Part shown: one piece after another, positions 1 through 9,046 of the stretch
How positions within the stretch are numbered: position 1 is the first letter of the stretch
How the letters are laid out: every line of letters begins with the position of its first letter
Assembly: GCA_045615665.1 (NCBI GenBank)
Contig: JAZLFJ010000008.1
Coordinates: forward strand, 5,254-69,253
DNA from: Bacilli bacterium
GTDB lineage: Bacteria; Bacillota_I; Bacilli_A; RFN20; CAG-826
DNA: 64,000 bases
Direction: 5' to 3'
Program-made: the position numbers and the translations under genes
The notes under the pieces: generated by a model
What the model was told of the DNA's origin: nothing
The model's input: the letters and a program-made list of their open reading frames with translations, nothing else
Databases searched by the model: none

Positions 1-129
1 ACGTATTGGAACGAACTTCATTCTTCATTTGCATATAATTATATGAATTTATTTCGACTTTTTAAAAGACGAAATCTTAAAAATATAAACGTTTAAAATA
101 TTTCCAAATGACAAGTTTTTTGAATACTA

Positions 130-135
130 TATAAT
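130..135 (+). promoter_or_regulatory. Candidate -10 box (TATAAT), 7 nt before the ATG at 143
   Basis: TATAAT at 130-135. No Shine-Dalgarno sequence lies between it and the start codon. Confidence 0.4.
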
Positions 136-142
136 AGTAAAT

Positions 143-1327
143 ATGCGAATTCTTGTTGTTTCACAGCATTATTATCCAGAACGTTTTTCAGTTAATGATA
201 TTGCTGAAGGCTTATTTAAACTTGGTCACGAAGTAACAGTTTTAACAGGTAGACCTAACTATGGACTTCATGAGATCATACCCGAATATAAACATGTAAA
301 ATTCGAAAAGATTAATGGTATCAATGTTCACCGTGTTAGAGTTTATCCTCGAAAACTTTCAAGAATGTCAGTTATCAGAAACTATCTTTCTTTTCATCGC
401 ACAGCGAAAAGAAAAGTAAATAAGCTTGGTGAATTCGATTTAGTTTTAACTATTTCATTATCGCCAGTTATTTCGATTGCTCCAGCGATTAAATACGCGA
501 AGAAGCATAAAGTTCCATGTATTCTTTATTGCCAAGATTTGTGGCCAGAATCAACAGTTGTTACAGGAGCGGTCAAAAAGAATTCTTTATTATATAAACT
601 TTTATACAAATGGAGTGTTTCTCTTTATAAAGAGTGTGATCGAATCATCATCTCTTCACCTTCGTTCAAAGATTATTTTGAAAATGAACTCCACATTAAA
701 GACAAAGGCTTTAAAACGATTTATCAGCCAATTTTAAATTCAAACAAGAATCTGGAACCTGTTGTTTTTGAAAACAAACACAACATCGTTTACGCTGGAA
801 ATATCGGAAAGATTCAACTCACCACCCAATTAGTGGATGCGATGAGATATGTGAAAAGCGAAGATACAAAACTTTATTTAATGGGAATGGGAAGCGAACT
901 CAACAATATCAAACACAAAATTGAATCCGAACATATAACAAATGTTGAATACGCTGGAGCGTTACCGATCGAAAAAGCTGAAACATATTATAAAAACGCT
1001 GATGCTTTGATTGTTTCCTTAAAAGAAGGTGGAACAGTCGGAAAAACGATTCCAAATAAAGCCATTCAATATCTAAAATATGGTCGCCCGCTTCTCGGTG
1101 TGATCAAGGGCGACGCCATAGAGTTGCTTAACAAAGCAAACGGAACAGTTTTCAGCGATGAAGATCCAAAAGAAATCGCCAAGAAAATTGATGAACTTTT
1201 AGCAAAATCAGATAAAGAAAAAGCCCAAATGGGCCTTAATAATAAGAAATTTTTCGAAGACAATTTATCTAGCGAAGTGTTAGTTAAAGAGTTAGATCAA
1301 GAATTGAAAACATTAGTTAAGAATTGA
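143..1327 (+). CDS. Glycosyltransferase, GT-B fold family 4 (WbuB/WcaI-like)
   Basis: 394-aa ORF. The N-terminus MRILVVSQHYYPERFS...GHEVTVLTGRPNYG is typical of GT4 sugar transferases. Confidence 0.7.
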   Translation: MRILVVSQHYYPERFSVNDIAEGLFKLGHEVTVLTGRPNYGLHEIIPEYKHVKFEKINGINVHRVRVYPRKLSRMSVIRNYLSFHRTAKRKVNKLGEFDLVLTISLSPVISIAPAIKYAKKHKVPCILYCQDLWPESTVVTGAVKKNSLLYKLLYKWSVSLYKECDRIIISSPSFKDYFENELHIKDKGFKTIYQPILNSNKNLEPVVFENKHNIVYAGNIGKIQLTTQLVDAMRYVKSEDTKLYLMGMGSELNNIKHKIESEHITNVEYAGALPIEKAETYYKNADALIVSLKEGGTVGKTIPNKAIQYLKYGRPLLGVIKGDAIELLNKANGTVFSDEDPKEIAKKIDELLAKSDKEKAQMGLNNKKFFEDNLSSEVLVKELDQELKTLVKN

Positions 1328-2460
1328 GTCATTCTTTCGCCTTGATTCTTGACCCCATAAATTTCGTAAACTTTAACTCGAGCTGTAGTGGCTTTTTTTC
1401 TTAATTCTGTTTTATTTTCTCTAGCGAATTCATTTAAAGCCTGTTTCATTCCTTCAGTAGAATCGTCTTTAATCCAAAACACTTCTTCTTGGAATATATC
1501 GAAAAGTCTTGAATGAATTGTCGATATCGTTGGCACTCCACTTGCTAAATATTCGAGAAGTTTCGAAGGAACAGATTCATCATCTAATTTACGATTGAAA
1601 GGTCGAGGATTGATATTGGCAATTGCATTTTGCTCTAAACCATAAATCTTATTTTTTGGAAGCTGTGATAAATAAAGTATTTTTGCATCTTTTTCTGTAT
1701 TTTGGAAAATGTATTTTTTAAGTGGTCCGTTTCCTGCAATAACTAATTTCTCGGAAATATTAGAATTAATAAAGGCGTGAATCAAACGTTTAACGCCATA
1801 TCTTTCATACAAAGATCCACCAAAGAAATAATAATTTCCGATCGGTAATTTTTTCATAGGTTCGACTTCATCGACGAGGCCTTCGAAAACATAATTCATC
1901 TTTTGCGAAACTTTAAAGGCTCTTAGTAGGCCATTTGATAAAGCGAAAAAAGCATCTAATCTGACTGTGTTTCGATAAACCGTTTTAACATAGGAACGCT
2001 TAATATTACTGAGATTTGCGGGGTTATCAGTTAAAACCCCAACAATTTTAGCATTATATTTTCGAGCAAATTTGATTGCGCCTTTAACAAGATTAACTCT
2101 AAGCACATCAACGACGATGATGAATTTATCACTATTCATATCTTGAAGTGCTCTTTCGCCACAAAAAGCAATCTCGTCAACTTCGTCAAACATTTTGTAA
2201 GAGCGCGTTAGTTCTAATTTTGTGTAATAGTATTTAACAAGACCATCACTTGTGTGTTTTCTTTCTAAAACATCATCATCAAACATCCCTTTTACAAATG
2301 GTCTATGTGAAACCACTGAAACATTATTCTTAAAAGACAACGCTTTAATAAGTTTTGAGTAAAAATTTTGGTTTGATGGATTTGGTTTAATATTTGCTAC
2401 TTCTTGATATTTAGCAAATTCAGAATCAACCATCGCTGATGTGAAAACAATTATATTCAT
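1297..2460 (-). CDS. Glycosyltransferase (GT-B fold, GT1/GT4-like)
   Basis: 387-aa ORF. The C-terminal region has the pattern PSKLLEYLASGVPTIST, typical of the nucleotide-sugar-binding half of GT-B enzymes. Its 3' end overlaps the convergent gene by 31 nt. Confidence 0.55.
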   Translation of the reverse strand: MNIIVFTSAMVDSEFAKYQEVANIKPNPSNQNFYSKLIKALSFKNNVSVVSHRPFVKGMFDDDVLERKHTSDGLVKYYYTKLELTRSYKMFDEVDEIAFCGERALQDMNSDKFIIVVDVLRVNLVKGAIKFARKYNAKIVGVLTDNPANLSNIKRSYVKTVYRNTVRLDAFFALSNGLLRAFKVSQKMNYVFEGLVDEVEPMKKLPIGNYYFFGGSLYERYGVKRLIHAFINSNISEKLVIAGNGPLKKYIFQNTEKDAKILYLSQLPKNKIYGLEQNAIANINPRPFNRKLDDESVPSKLLEYLASGVPTISTIHSRLFDIFQEEVFWIKDDSTEGMKQALNEFARENKTELRKKATTARVKVYEIYGVKNQGERMTQFLTNVFNS

Positions 2461-2462
2461 AA

Positions 2463-3557
2463 TTAGAGAATCCTCTTTAAAATTTCTAAATGGGCTTCAA
2501 CCATCTTTTCAATCGTGTTTTGGTAGGCTGTTTCGATCGCGTTTTTTGCAAGGTTAGACGCTAAAACATTATGAATTGATTGTTCTAAATCCTTGCTTTC
2601 TACCGACTTGATAATGTACCCATTATAACCATCTTTAATTAACTTTTTGGACGCATTGACATTTGGAGTTGAAATGACTGGAAGTCCTTGCGACATCGCT
2701 TCATTAATAACGTGACCGTAGATATCTTCGTCTGAAGGGAAAATAAAGCAATCCGACAAATGATAGAAATTGAACATGTCTTTTCGATTCATATAGCCGA
2801 GAAGATGAACATTTTTAATTTTATTATCATCGATATATTTTTGGAGTTCGATTTTCTGTTTCCCATCTCCAATGATATATAGGCCATATTTTGCATCAAA
2901 ATCTTTCCATTTTTTAATCAATTCAAAATAGTTTTTTCTTTTAATCAGTTGGCCGCAGGAAACGAATACTTTTTCTTCTATAACGGAAGCATTAAGTCTC
3001 ATCTCATTTTTAGCTTGTTGATCATATGGAATGGGTAAAATTTCGTTAGCATATATAGTTGAATATGGGTAACTATAAATCTTAGATTTATCTGCTCCAT
3101 AAAACTCTAGATATTTATTTGAGTTTTCATCAGGCGAAAAATAATATTTAGCGTTCGAAATGTATTTCTTTTTAAGATTTCGTTTAATTGGATTTTCTTT
3201 TTCTTTAGCGATACCACCATTGATATAAAGAGTGTAAGGAATGCTGTGCTTTATTAAATAATTCAAAGCCTTCATTTCAGGAAACATTGAATAGCCGTTC
3301 ATGATTATTAAATCGTAATGGTTATTTTTTATGTGATTAAGAACGCCATTTGACAAACGGTTTTCTCTTCCAATTTTTAGGCCACCAATCTTTGCGGTTT
3401 TAAATTTATATTCATTTTCGCTATAAAAAGTTTTGTTTCGATCACTTGCTGAATCGCGTTCAAAAATGACTGTTAAATCAATGTATTTAGAAAGCTCATT
3501 GAATAACTTAACCTTGTATGGAGCGGGGTGATTGAATACGATTAGAACTTTGCTCAT
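2463..3557 (-). CDS. Glycosyltransferase family 4
   Basis: 364-aa ORF with the GT1/GT4 C-terminal signature FPSDEDIYGHVINEAMSQGLPVISTP...DGYNGYI. It lies 2 nt upstream of the next GT on the same strand. Confidence 0.7.
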   Translation of the reverse strand: MSKVLIVFNHPAPYKVKLFNELSKYIDLTVIFERDSASDRNKTFYSENEYKFKTAKIGGLKIGRENRLSNGVLNHIKNNHYDLIIMNGYSMFPEMKALNYLIKHSIPYTLYINGGIAKEKENPIKRNLKKKYISNAKYYFSPDENSNKYLEFYGADKSKIYSYPYSTIYANEILPIPYDQQAKNEMRLNASVIEEKVFVSCGQLIKRKNYFELIKKWKDFDAKYGLYIIGDGKQKIELQKYIDDNKIKNVHLLGYMNRKDMFNFYHLSDCFIFPSDEDIYGHVINEAMSQGLPVISTPNVNASKKLIKDGYNGYIIKSVESKDLEQSIHNVLASNLAKNAIETAYQNTIEKMVEAHLEILKRIL

Positions 3558-3602
3558 AAAGTTTACAACAATTATACATTGTTATTCCTTTTAGTGAATA
3601 GT

Positions 3603-3608
3603 TATAAT
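3603..3608 (+). promoter_or_regulatory. Candidate -10 box (TATAAT), 7 nt before the ung ATG
   Basis: TATAAT at 3603-3608 and ATG at 3616, with no SD sequence. Confidence 0.4.
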
Positions 3609-3615
3609 TGTAAAT

Positions 3616-4272
3616 ATGATATCTTGGAAACCATTCTTTGATGAGATAGCTAAAAAAGACTATTCTAAGTCGCTTCACGAGTTTTTGAATTACGAATATT
3701 CTCATCAAATAATTTATCCTCCAAGACAATTGATGTTCAATGCATTTGAGCTTACGGAAGTTGAAAACATTAAGGTTGTTATTATCGGACAAGATCCTTA
3801 CCATCAACCTGGGCAAGCTATGGGATTATCATTTTCTGTTCCAAGCGGAACAAAACTCCCACCTTCTTTAGTGAATATTTTTAAGGAAATTGAATCAGAT
3901 TTGGGAATAAAGATGCGAAATGATGGGGATTTAACTTATCTTGCTAAACAAGGGGTTTTATTAATCAACGCTTATCTTTCAGTTAGAGAAGGGCAGCCTC
4001 TTTCTCACCACCGAGAAGAATACGATTTATTTATGGTGGATTTAATGAAATATTTGGATAATTTGAACCAGCCAATTGTCTTTATGATGTGGGGGAATTT
4101 TGCTCAAAAATTTGCAAAATACGTTGCAAATCCCAAGCATATTATTTTAAAGAGCGTGCATCCTTCGCCTCTTGGAGCTAACCACGGAGGATGGTTTGGC
4201 TTGAAACAATTTTCGCGTTGTAATGACTACTTGGTTTCTAAGGGTGTGAAACCTATTGATTGGAAAAACTAA
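3616..4272 (+). CDS. ung: Uracil-DNA glycosylase (family 1)
   Basis: 218 aa with the motifs GQDPYH and HPSPLGA and overall UNG-like length. Confidence 0.9.
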   Translation: MISWKPFFDEIAKKDYSKSLHEFLNYEYSHQIIYPPRQLMFNAFELTEVENIKVVIIGQDPYHQPGQAMGLSFSVPSGTKLPPSLVNIFKEIESDLGIKMRNDGDLTYLAKQGVLLINAYLSVREGQPLSHHREEYDLFMVDLMKYLDNLNQPIVFMMWGNFAQKFAKYVANPKHIILKSVHPSPLGANHGGWFGLKQFSRCNDYLVSKGVKPIDWKN

Positions 4273-4284
4273 AGTAATATAATA

Positions 4285-4375
4285 ATGAAGAGGGTGCTGG
4301 ACGTAATCCGGCTGAGATTGCTCTTACTTGAGAGCTGACCTAACCTGATCTAGGTAATGCTAGCGGAGGTACGTT
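4285..4375 (+). promoter_or_regulatory. TPP (THI-box) riboswitch
   Basis: Contains GGGUGCUGG...GGCUGAGA...ACCUAACCUGAUCUAGGUAAUGCUAGCGGAGG, which matches the conserved TPP aptamer core (CUGAGA and ACCUGAUCUGGAUAAUGCCAGCG). It sits directly upstream of a ThiT-like transporter gene. Confidence 0.85.
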
Positions 4376-4384
4376 TTAGTCATT

Positions 4385-4409
4385 TCCGCTATGAAAGGCG
4401 GATTTTTTT
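4385..4409 (+). terminator. Putative riboswitch expression platform (short hairpin plus U7)
   Basis: tccgc(4385-4389)/gcgga(4398-4402) followed by ttttttt. The 3' arm overlaps the only purine-rich SD-like stretch (aaaggcgga), and the ATG follows at 4410. Termination versus SD sequestration cannot be decided from sequence. Confidence 0.4.
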
Positions 4410-5441
4410 ATGGAAGAAGTAAGTAGATTTGACAAGGTTAAAGGCTTTTTAATTAAGTATTTGCCGTATATTTTGATTGGAATCGTTGTTTTATGTATCG
4501 GCTTAAGTATGATTGGTCCTTTCTTTGATTTAAGAGTAAAAATAGATGGCAAAAAGATTGACACAGTTTACCGTTTAACTGATCTTCTATTTTCAAACAA
4601 TGCGGGCAAGAGCACACAAGTTTTCTTTATATTAACTTATCTGGTCCTTCCGCTTCTTGGTTGTGGTTTTATCTTTTTAGGAAAATTTAAAAATAGTTTC
4701 TATACCATTTCTGTTCTTTTGTTTTTAGTTGCTGCAATGTCAGCAATTTTAGCAAATGATGTCACCGCAACAGTTGTAAGTTTAATTACAGAAATGAGTT
4801 ATAACGTTCATGATGTTTATTTCTGCTTCGTTCTTCCAATTATTATTTTCTTTATTGCGGCCTTCTTATCTTTAGCGATCGCTTCAAAAGAAATAAGTAT
4901 TACTGTTTCAGATATCACAGAGATGGGTATTTTGATTGGTCTTGCTCTTGCTCTTAACTTTGTTAAGATCGTGCAAATGCCAACTGGAGGATCAATCAAT
5001 TTCCAAATGTTGCCTTTATTTATATTGGCACTAAGAAAAGGGCCTATTAAAGGTTTCATTGGCGCAGGTATTGCCTATGGTTTAATCTCATGTATCACGG
5101 ACGGTTATGGAATCGCAACTTATCCTTTTGATTACTTATTAGGATTCGGTTCAGTTTGCGTTCTTGGATTCTTCACCCCATATATCTTTGGAGAAAACCA
5201 AAACAATTATAATTTGAAAGGTGAAATTTTCATCTTTGTTGGTGCTTTAATTTCAACTCTTATTCGCTTCATCGGAGGAACCGTTTCTTCATTGATTATT
5301 TATGGATATGATTTAGTTCCTGCAATGGAATATAACTCGTTATATGTTTCAATCTCTGGATTAATAAGCATCGCCTTAATTATGGCGGTTTATGGCCCAT
5401 TTATTCGCGTCAATAAGCGTTTCTCAACGTCGAATAAATAA
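4410..5441 (+). CDS. thiT: Thiamine transporter ThiT-like ECF S-component with a ~165-aa N-terminal multi-TM extension
   Basis: The C-terminal half (GILIGLALALNFVKIVQMPTGGSINFQMLPLFILALRKGPIKGFIGAGIAYGL...) resembles ThiT/YuaJ. The gene is controlled by the TPP riboswitch. Confidence 0.65.
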   Translation: MEEVSRFDKVKGFLIKYLPYILIGIVVLCIGLSMIGPFFDLRVKIDGKKIDTVYRLTDLLFSNNAGKSTQVFFILTYLVLPLLGCGFIFLGKFKNSFYTISVLLFLVAAMSAILANDVTATVVSLITEMSYNVHDVYFCFVLPIIIFFIAAFLSLAIASKEISITVSDITEMGILIGLALALNFVKIVQMPTGGSINFQMLPLFILALRKGPIKGFIGAGIAYGLISCITDGYGIATYPFDYLLGFGSVCVLGFFTPYIFGENQNNYNLKGEIFIFVGALISTLIRFIGGTVSSLIIYGYDLVPAMEYNSLYVSISGLISIALIMAVYGPFIRVNKRFSTSNK

Positions 5442-5503
5442 AAGCACTATATATTATTTCATTTTTCATATACAATTTATTTACTTAATAAATAGGTGAT
5501 CAT

Positions 5504-6508
5504 ATGGAAAACGAAAACGAATTAGAAGTATTAGAAGAGGCGCAAGAAACTGCTCCTACTGAAGAGAGCAAGGAAGAGACTCCAGTTGAGGAAGTTCAAC
5601 CTGTACCAGAGCCAATTACTTATTCTTCCTCATATCTTGAAGCAATCGAAAAAGCACGCGCAGATTTTTTAAAGATTTATAGAACTCAAAATGTTTTTAA
5701 ATGGGTTGTATCTTTTATTGCCATCGCTGCAGTCATTGTAGGAGCGGTTGTCATTCCTAATTTAGGAATTTCTAATTCGCTCTATATTATGATTGGAATG
5801 CTCGTTGGTGCCTTAGCACTTACAATTTTATTTACTGTTTTTGCACGTAAATATATTCGTCAAAAGATGAACGCATATTTCAATCTATATTACAAAAATA
5901 TCAACGATTTTGTCTTTGGTGATATTGCATGCAATATCGAAGCTCAATTTCCTGGCAAGATTCAAAATGATGCATTTTTAGATAACAACCTTTTCAAAGA
6001 TATTGTTGATGTTGGTAGTAGAGGTCTAACAGAATTTACTTATAACAATGTACCAATTGCAGTCGCAGATGCTGCCGCTCAAATTCGAAAAGATAAACGC
6101 TTATATCCAGCTTTCGTTGGTAAATATTTATATGCCGCTTCAAATTATAAAGATGATGATGGACTTTATATTTATTTCAAAGGTGATAAAAGAGCGCTTC
6201 CGCCAACCAATCTAGATGGTGTAAAAATGGTTCAAGAAGATAAGAAAATGATTATCTATTCCAACAATAAAGAATGGAAGAAAGTTATCTCTATAGATGT
6301 TAAGAAGATTCTTACTTCAATTGATATGAATAAAGAACTTGTCGATTTATCTATTTCATTACAAAAGGGTCGAATCTTTGTTTGCATGGGCTATGATGAT
6401 CCTTTGATGGTCTTACCACTTCAACAACAATTTGATCCAAAGCCAACCGAAACATATAAGAAAGATGTTATTAAGGTTTTGAAGTTAATTGAGGAGTTCA
6501 ATAAATAA
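5504..6508 (+). CDS. Hypothetical protein: acidic N-terminus, two TM helices, ~210-aa C-terminal domain of unknown function
   Basis: 334-aa ORF with SD AGGTGA upstream. Its stop abuts the ATG of the next gene. I recognise no family motif. Confidence 0.6.
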   Translation: MENENELEVLEEAQETAPTEESKEETPVEEVQPVPEPITYSSSYLEAIEKARADFLKIYRTQNVFKWVVSFIAIAAVIVGAVVIPNLGISNSLYIMIGMLVGALALTILFTVFARKYIRQKMNAYFNLYYKNINDFVFGDIACNIEAQFPGKIQNDAFLDNNLFKDIVDVGSRGLTEFTYNNVPIAVADAAAQIRKDKRLYPAFVGKYLYAASNYKDDDGLYIYFKGDKRALPPTNLDGVKMVQEDKKMIIYSNNKEWKKVISIDVKKILTSIDMNKELVDLSISLQKGRIFVCMGYDDPLMVLPLQQQFDPKPTETYKKDVIKVLKLIEEFNK

Positions 6509-7039
6509 ATGTTTTCTTTAAAAAGAAAATGGATAATTATTCAAGCCTATAAGCATAACGAAGAACTTCATCGTGAATGGTCACATTCATACGTGCTTGA
6601 GGATAACGATGAATATTTTGTTGCCGCTTCAATAAGAGCGTCTGTTGTTGAATCCGACGGAAGAAAGTGGCACACCAAAGAACCTGCGATTTTTATTCTT
6701 CCAAAGAACAAATGGTTCAATGTTATTGCGATGCTAAAAGAAGATGGTGTTTCCTATTACGTTAACATCGCTTCTCCTTCTTTATATGACAAAGGTTTCA
6801 TCAAATATATCGATTATGATCTTGATATTAAATTATATGGTGATGGAACAACCAGGTTACTGGATGTCAGCGAATATCGTAAACATGCTGAAGAACAAGG
6901 CTATCCCGATGAAATTAGAGAGATATTACAGAAATCGGTTGAGAATGTATATCGCCTAATTCAAGAGAAAAAATTTCCTTTCATCGACCAGGAAATTGAA
7001 AAATATTACAGCCAATTTCAAAAAGAAACTTCTAATTGA
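6509..7039 (+). CDS. DUF402/UPF0374 family nucleoside tri/diphosphatase (Ntdp-like)
   Basis: 176 aa. The pattern IQAYKH...REW...YYVNIASP...YIDYDLDIKLY is characteristic of the Firmicute UPF0374 (DUF402) family. Confidence 0.7.
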   Translation: MFSLKRKWIIIQAYKHNEELHREWSHSYVLEDNDEYFVAASIRASVVESDGRKWHTKEPAIFILPKNKWFNVIAMLKEDGVSYYVNIASPSLYDKGFIKYIDYDLDIKLYGDGTTRLLDVSEYRKHAEEQGYPDEIREILQKSVENVYRLIQEKKFPFIDQEIEKYYSQFQKETSN

Positions 7040-7940
7040 TAATATTAAAGACAGCATCAGCTTCCTCGATCGAAGGTTGGATGCGTCTTTTTTTATTTTC
7101 ATAACTTGCCACATCACCTATCGCAAAGATATTTTTTGTGATTGAATAGGTGGCTGGATTAACTTTTAAAAATGAACCATCTTTTTCAAAATTAAAGCTT
7201 GTTGCTTCGGCCACATTTCCGTAGTTAACAAGTATTAAATCTACGGGAATTGCAGTGAATTTTGGTGTTTTCCTTTCTTCAACAACCTCTCTAATTGTTA
7301 TCGAAGTTGCCTTGTTATTTTCTACATCAATGTGATCAGGAACATATGGTAAATAAACTGCCAAATTATGACAATCTTTTATCGTATCTGCGTTGCCTCT
7401 AAATTCGAGGCGGCGGTGAATAAGTGATACATTATTTGAAATCTTGGAAAGATGCTTGGCCCAGTCAAGAGCTGAATCGCCTCCGCCAAAAATAGCAATT
7501 CGTTTATCTTTAAGCTGAGAATAATCATCTAATTTATAAACAATGTTTTTAACTTCGAATTCATGGTCGGCACCTAACGGTCGTGGAGTAGAGCTACCTA
7601 AACCGGTTGCTATTATTAGATAATCACAGCTAAAAAATAGTGTGCTAGTTTTAACTTCAATTTCATCACCAGGAATAATATCTACTACTTTAGTGTTCAG
7701 TAGCACCTTTTCCTTTTTAAGATTATTCGCTAATTTTGAAGCGTAATCTTTTGCTTTAATCACATCGATGCCTTTAATATCAACAATATCTTTTTCGGGG
7801 TAAAGTCTTGGAAGTTGCCCTCCAAGAGTATCGCTAGCTTCAAGTAAAAGATAATCAAGACCATTGTTTTGACATTTGTTTGCAAAATAAAGACCAGCAG
7901 GTCCTCCACCGATAATAATGATGTGATAATGCTTTTGCAT
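7032..7940 (-). CDS. Ferredoxin--NADP+ reductase, thioredoxin-reductase-like type (YumC-like)
   Basis: 302 aa with FAD motif IIGGGPAGL, the LEASDTLGGQL...YPEKDIVDI pattern, and NADPH motifs GGGDSALDWA and HRRLEFRG. There is no CxxC redox pair. Confidence 0.75.
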   Translation of the reverse strand: MQKHYHIIIIGGGPAGLYFANKCQNNGLDYLLLEASDTLGGQLPRLYPEKDIVDIKGIDVIKAKDYASKLANNLKKEKVLLNTKVVDIIPGDEIEVKTSTLFFSCDYLIIATGLGSSTPRPLGADHEFEVKNIVYKLDDYSQLKDKRIAIFGGGDSALDWAKHLSKISNNVSLIHRRLEFRGNADTIKDCHNLAVYLPYVPDHIDVENNKATSITIREVVEERKTPKFTAIPVDLILVNYGNVAEATSFNFEKDGSFLKVNPATYSITKNIFAIGDVASYENKKRRIQPSIEEADAVFNIIN

Positions 7941-7969
7941 AAATTTATTATATAATAAATATTCTAATT

Positions 7970-7978
7970 TGCTATAAT
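7970..7978 (+). promoter_or_regulatory. Extended -10 promoter TGcTATAAT for the tsaE operon
   Basis: Exact TGnTATAAT, ending 16 nt upstream of the ATG at 7994. Confidence 0.5.
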
Positions 7979-7993
7979 GTATCGGGGTTAAAA

Positions 7994-8455
7994 ATGTTGA
8001 AATATAAAATTATTTCAAAAAATACTGAAAAAACACGTCTTCTTGCATCTAAGATAATTAAGATGCTTAAGGTCGGAGACGTTGTTTTGCTGACGGGTGA
8101 TTTAGGCGCTGGCAAGACCACCTTTGTGTCTGGCGCTCTTGAGTCGCTTGGTTACAAAGATCACGTCATTTCACCAACGTTCAATATTTTAAAATGCTAT
8201 TTCGAAGTTAAGCCCATTATCTATCATATTGATGCTTATCGTTTAGAGGATCAAAATATCGATATCGGATTAGAAGAATATATCGAAGGAAATGGTATCT
8301 GCTTTATTGAATGGCCTGTTTTTATTAAACCTTTAATCCCTAACAAGCATTTAGAAATTTCTCTTAAGAGAATCTCAGATAATGAGCGAGAAATTGAGAT
8401 TATTGACGAGAATGGTTTTTATAAAGATTTAATTGAATCTTTGGAAGTTAAATAA
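7994..8455 (+). CDS. tsaE: tRNA t6A37 biosynthesis ATPase TsaE
   Basis: 153 aa with P-loop GDLGAGKTTF, in the operon tsaE-tsaB-rimI-tsaD. Confidence 0.9.
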   Translation: MLKYKIISKNTEKTRLLASKIIKMLKVGDVVLLTGDLGAGKTTFVSGALESLGYKDHVISPTFNILKCYFEVKPIIYHIDAYRLEDQNIDIGLEEYIEGNGICFIEWPVFIKPLIPNKHLEISLKRISDNEREIEIIDENGFYKDLIESLEVK

Positions 8456-9046
8456 ATGTATCAGTTGTTACTAGATAGTTCGAATATATATTTAGCGGTC
8501 GGTCTCTCTAAAGACGGAAAAGTTATTGATTCGATTTTTTATAATGCTTGGCAAAGACAAAGCGAACTAATGGTCAACGAAATCGAAAACATTTTCAAAA
8601 GAAATAATATCGATGAAAAGGACTTAGACGCTGTTGTTGTTGGCATCGGTCCAGGCTCATACACGGGCGTTAGAATTGGTGTCACGATTGCCAAAACAAT
8701 TGCTTACGCATTAAAGATCAAGGTGTATGCTAAAAGCTCGCTTTCTCTGCTAAGATGTGGCGAAGATCCTACTATTTGCTTATTTAACGCTAGAAGCGGT
8801 CGCTCCTATTTTGCGGTTTATCAAGGTAAAAAAGTTTTGGAAAAGGAATGTGTGATTCCTAATGAAGAAGTTCTTTCTTATATTCAAAAGCATCCTGACT
8901 ATAAAATTGCTGGCGATACCGCTCAAATCGAAAAAGAGTCTGAAGAATTAAATATCATCGCAAATCTCGCCGATTTTGATGAAAATGAGTTTGTTAAAAA
9001 CATCTTTACTCTTAACCCAATCTATTTAAAGGATTTGCTTAAATGA
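8456..9046 (+). CDS. tsaB: tRNA t6A37 biosynthesis protein TsaB
   Basis: 196 aa with GIGPGSYTGVRIG, in the conserved operon position. Confidence 0.85.
   Translation: MYQLLLDSSNIYLAVGLSKDGKVIDSIFYNAWQRQSELMVNEIENIFKRNNIDEKDLDAVVVGIGPGSYTGVRIGVTIAKTIAYALKIKVYAKSSLSLLRCGEDPTICLFNARSGRSYFAVYQGKKVLEKECVIPNEEVLSYIQKHPDYKIAGDTAQIEKESEELNIIANLADFDENEFVKNIFTLNPIYLKDLLK

Noticed and set aside
51-75. 25-nt near-perfect palindrome atttcgacttttt-aaaagacgaaat near the left edge. A possible minus-strand gene start (ATG at 34-32) also runs off the window.
   Set aside because: It is an isolated AT-rich palindrome that could be a terminator or an operator, with nothing to discriminate between them. The putative leftward gene contributes only 11 codons inside the window, which is too little to support a call.
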